Assembly: GCA_044892505.1 (NCBI GenBank)
Contig: CM097882.1
Coordinates: 111,538,001-111,602,000 of the forward strand
Length of the DNA: 64,000 nt
Origin: Schmidtea nova
Lineage: Eukaryota
Direction of reading: 5' to 3'
The position numbers were made by a program, and so were the translations under genes. Positions within the stretch are counted from its first letter, which is position 1, and every line of letters begins with the position of its first letter. Shown one piece after another: positions 59,800 to 64,000 of this stretch. The notes below the pieces were generated by a model. That model searched no databases, was not told where the DNA came from, and saw only the letters and a program-made list of their open reading frames with translations.

Positions 59800-60330
59800 T
59801 TATATCATATAAAAACTAAACAAAAGTAGCTTTAACTGCTCTAAAATCACAAGAAACATTTTTCTCACTCAGTTCTACAAACTTTATATTATTTATGTTT
59901 ATTTGATCAGCAATTTCATGCTCAATCGACAAAATGTTCAAACCATTAAGACTATTTTTAGTAGTAGTGGAACATAAGATCTTAATTAATTTTTTAATTT
60001 GGAGAAACTCCTTCCCCACATGCTACTGTTATTGTTATAGTAACTAATACTAAGGTTTGAGACAACATGTAACATTGATATTAAATCAAGTATATTATTT
60101 AGGCTTTCTGTTTGTACCCAAATGCGCAGAAAGCACATAAATTTCCTCTGTTAATTCTACACTATTTATGCCAACAGAAACAGTTAAAATAATTTCTAAA
60201 TCCTCGCAATGTTTTGAAAGTGTTTCCATAGGTAATGAAAGCACCACATAAAAGTTAAAATTTTTTTCAGTCATTCCTGTTGGTAAGTTTGGTGTGTGCC
60301 ACAACAATTGATTCTGTGGATAAATTGAGA
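59800..60330 (-). pseudogene. hAT transposase C-terminal (dimerisation domain) remnant
   Basis: TVA.GE.. F..LK.IK ... SLNGLNILSIEHEI. Confidence 0.7.
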
Positions 60331-60714
60331 CGGGATTTGAAATACGAAATACATATACTTAGAATGTGTTTTGATAATATGATTATAATTATTATAATAA
60401 CATTTTGATCAATGAAATTATTTACATTGTCAAAAATAAATTTTTCTCAAACATGATTAATAATATACAAAAGACGAAAATATGTATGTTTGTTGTATTT
60501 TACATATAAAAGAGAAGTTAAATTTTTAAAGATTTTTAATTTAGATTTTAATTCATATTTCAAATGGAAATAAATTTCCATGTTTCGAAAAATTGTAATT
60601 ATTTTTTTTACAATTTTCGTAAATAATATTTTTTACATTTTGCATAATTTTAGGATCAATGCTATAAATATACAAGTTTCGGCCGATGTGTGCGCGTGCT
60701 TTTTAGTTTTATAT

Positions 60715-60945
60715 GCGCTTGTGTGCGCATTCTTTGTTTTTTGCTTTATATCACGCCTGTGAGCGCATTTGTATTATGTGTCTCTATTTGCGTCTGTGAG
60801 CGCATTGATTTTCATTACTGTTGAGTCTGTGTGACCTTTTAATAATTTTTGTGAGCTCTCGCGTCTGTGCTCAGAGCTATTTCTTTTCGCGTCTCTGCGC
60901 ATATTTTTTAATTGTTATGTATCAGGTTTCGCGCCTGTGTGCGCA
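60715..60945 (+). promoter_or_regulatory. Cluster of 7 GCG(T/C)CTGTG(T/A)GCGCA-like motifs resembling those in the BEL LTR
   Basis: Copies at 60715, 60753, 60790, 60823, 60861, 60889 and 60931. Confidence 0.55.
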
Positions 60946-62935
60946 TTTGTGGTGAATTAGTTTTTTTTGGAATTTAATTCTCGATATTGATTATTCTGGG
61001 TTGTTGTTTTGTCGATCCAATTTGGATATTGGAATTTCGGGATTTTTCAAATCTTAGTGGGAACGAGTGAATTTTGGACACTTAGAGATTTATTTTGGAA
61101 ATTTTATTGGATTTCTGTGGATTTAAAAGAAGGATATTGTTCTCTATGATTCAAATGAATTCAGAGCTAATTGCATCACATTTTGATCATGTCGGCAACG
61201 TTCTCACACAAGAAGATTCTAATTCGATGGTTGATATTCAAACTGAAGACGATGCTTTGGAAACGAAATAGTGTATTTCTATAGATTGTGGAAATAATAC
61301 TATATTCCCAAGTGATATCAATCATACTTTTCAATTTAAGAAAGTTAATTATGATTCAAGGTCAATTTTAATATCGAGAATTGAAAAATCTGATTACATC
61401 AACAATCCAGTGCTTCTTTTGATGATTTCAGGTTAAACAGTGATATCTTTGACATTATGACAGACGAATTGTTTACTGATGAAAATAAAAATGCATTAAA
61501 AATGGTCTTGGCTCGATTCAATACATATAATAATAATATCTGGTGACTTCAATTTTTGTGTTCCCTAAACAAAATAATGTTTTTTATAACTCTTTGTTTG
61601 AGCCACAATATACCTTGTAATGAGCCGCGTGTTGAGCAGACCTGATTTAAATCATATTTTCAACTTAGAAAGGAAATAGAATTATCGTTAACAATGTTCA
61701 ATCCATATCCATTTGTTGTTGTTTGTTGTTTTTTGTCAAAGTCATCTGTAATAACTTTGCTTTAGTTTTTTTGCATATTTATGTTGGGTTACTTTACTTT
61801 GTTCAAGATCGGTTCAAAAACCTGACTCCTCGTGTCCTTTAATTATCGAAAATCAATGAAACCTAACACAGAACAATTTATTTGATTATCACTACAAATA
61901 CAATTTGTCTTTTATCTCAACTTGTTTTTATCAATATAATTTACACTTTCAGCAATTTGCACTTTCTCTTTTTCGGATTTGATTCTTACGTTAGACTTAA
62001 AACCCAACGGGTAATGACTTACTCTTGTATGTAATCTCGAATAACTGTTATTAAAATCTTTGCAAATGGGCATAGTAAAATTAATAATTTTATTTAAAAT
62101 TCCACTCAAATATTAGTAATACATTTGAAATAAAATGCATTTTTTTAAACTAAACCTTAGATATTTAAACAATAAACATGGATTTAAACTACATGATGAT
62201 GTCTGTTCAAATTGTATCAACTCTTTACTTTCACCAATCTAAAAGATCTACAAATGGACCTAAGACCATGACAATATATGCCAGCAGATTGTTCGTTAAA
62301 TAGTTATTGGAAATTGGTATTTTTTAGTATTATCAGCTGTTTGAAAATGTTCTCTAAAGTTACAAAAAGTTCTTTTTTCACTATCTTCAGGGAATCACAA
62401 AATTATCCAGATTCTTTGAAAAGGGCTGAGAAATGCAAATTGAAAGTCTTTTCTTGAATTTGAGGATATGAATAACTTTTTTTTGCAGCTGAGTAGCAAA
62501 TTGCTAGTTCTGTAAAATAAATATGACTGTAAGGGTTAAATAAATTTATTAAAAAATTGTAGATTTTAATCAGTTACAAAATCGAAGTATTTAACGTGTT
62601 TAGACCTATGATGAAATATGAATTTTAAATTGTAATTTAATTCTTTCTCTTCAGATGTAACATGTAAAAATTATGACGGTGTGTAATTATAAAAATGATG
62701 CGTGTATGATGTATGCATGATTGGAAATTTAATGTTATTTATCTCAACTTAAAAAATAATTAATAAAAAAAAATATTAATTAAAATTAATAATTACGAAT
62801 TAGCAAATTGGAATAAAAATTGGAGATAAAAATTGGAGATGGTCATATTGAATTGTGGCAAAATGAAAAAAATGGTCATTATATTGAAAATTTTGAAAAA
62901 TTTTAGAATTCAATAATATTTATTGATACATAATT

Positions 62936-64000
62936 ATGAATTTATGCTTATTTTATATAATTGCTGTCTATACTACTTTGCCTACTCAAAACAATGCTGT
63001 AATTAAAGATTGCCCACCAGAAAATGACCTTATCTCATCTAACGATTCAATTCCAATATCACCTGAAAACTGTCACAAAATGCTATTAGAAAACGCTAAA
63101 AAACGAAACACGTTTTATCTCCGACCATATGATTTCAGCGATTCAGTTACTATGCCATGTCTTTTGTGCGATTCTGGTCAAACCTTCAAATGGTTCTTTA
63201 TTAAAAGAAATAAATTACCAATTGTCAATTTTATGTATGAATCTGTTTATGGTAGTTATCTACAACTTATTCAAACTGGAAATCTGGTCACAGATGTCGA
63301 CACTTATTGTTTGACTCAGGAAAATGGGTTGCGAATCAAAAGTTTTGATCCGGAAAAGATTCTCGGAACATATTACTGTGAAACTGAGGTCAATATTACA
63401 AAATATATCTGGCATCATGTGGATACATTTTATTTACAAGACGATCCTAATCATGCAAGAATGGCTGTAAACATCTTTGCCAAATCAGAAAGGAAAATTA
63501 AGTCATCTTTAACTGATATTGAGGATGAACTGAATAGAAAGTTTCCAAATTTACTCTTTAAATCCAACCTAGTCAGAGTTTTTTATGAATTTTTACCGAA
63601 ACCTTCAGCAAAAGGTTTGTGTGGAGATGTGAAATTAAAATATATCAAACGATGCTACTTGCAGATTCCAAGAAACATAACCGAATCTCGACCATTGACA
63701 GCTAGTGAATATGGGAATTATTGGACAATTTTTTCTGCTGTTGCTTTCCTTTTCGAATATAAGAGTATGTCAGAAAATCGGAATGGCAGGTCATATTTAG
63801 CTCTAAAATCAAAATCACAAAACGTTGCAGCCGCGCTTGGATTTTCCATAAAAAATGATTCAAACGATATAATTATTCCGTGCCATTTTTCATTTTTAAG
63901 ACACTTAAAATCCGTTTCGCAAATGGGAAATCCATTTGATATCAGTAACCAATATGGTATGGTGACAATCCAAATAAACTGTCCACAAGTTAATCCTATG
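62936..64000 (+). CDS. Secreted or membrane Ig V-like domain protein (FAM187-like), at least 355 aa, incomplete at the window edge
   Basis: Open from ATG at 62936 to the end (absent from the ORF track because no stop); signal-like MNLCLFYIIAVYTTLP; Ig pattern MPCLLC..FKWFF..LRIKSFDPEKILGTYYC; VFYEF..GLCG..KRCYL resembles the FAM187 Cys region. Confidence 0.75.
   Translation, partial: MNLCLFYIIAVYTTLPTQNNAVIKDCPPENDLISSNDSIPISPENCHKMLLENAKKRNTFYLRPYDFSDSVTMPCLLCDSGQTFKWFFIKRNKLPIVNFMYESVYGSYLQLIQTGNLVTDVDTYCLTQENGLRIKSFDPEKILGTYYCETEVNITKYIWHHVDTFYLQDDPNHARMAVNIFAKSERKIKSSLTDIEDELNRKFPNLLFKSNLVRVFYEFLPKPSAKGLCGDVKLKYIKRCYLQIPRNITESRPLTASEYGNYWTIFSAVAFLFEYKSMSENRNGRSYLALKSKSQNVAAALGFSIKNDSNDIIIPCHFSFLRHLKSVSQMGNPFDISNQYGMVTIQINCPQVNPM

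Noticed and set aside
1-64000. Assigning the host species
   Set aside because: Animal-type PHGDH, TRF2 and FAM187-like genes with 43-48 nt introns suggest a compact-intron invertebrate, but the sequence alone does not identify it.

Overview
AT-rich eukaryotic (animal-like) genomic DNA, with two N gaps at 9869-10001 and 10418-10563. It holds three host genes: an intronless PHGDH, a hidden five-exon TBP-family (TRF2/TBPL1-like) gene with 43-48 nt introns, and a FAM187-like Ig-domain ORF that runs off the right edge. Most of the rest is nested, decayed mobile DNA: a Polinton-type protein-primed PolB with a terminal tandem array, a Penelope remnant, several Gypsy elements and solo LTRs, a BEL/Pao element, hAT, piggyBac, mariner, DD39D, pogo and Polinton-integrase remnants. 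The standout is a young BEL/Pao LTR retrotransposon (17251-25476, minus strand, LTRs 8/936 nt different) carrying host proteostasis sequence. Both LTRs contain a proteasome assembly chaperone 1 (PSMG1) ORF. From the 5' LTR that frame stays open across the primer-binding site into a ubiquitin/HSP90/ubiquitin chimera, and a single 4-bp duplication separates the last ubiquitin from an in-frame fusion to Gag. All homology calls come from recalled motifs and reading by eye; no database search was run.
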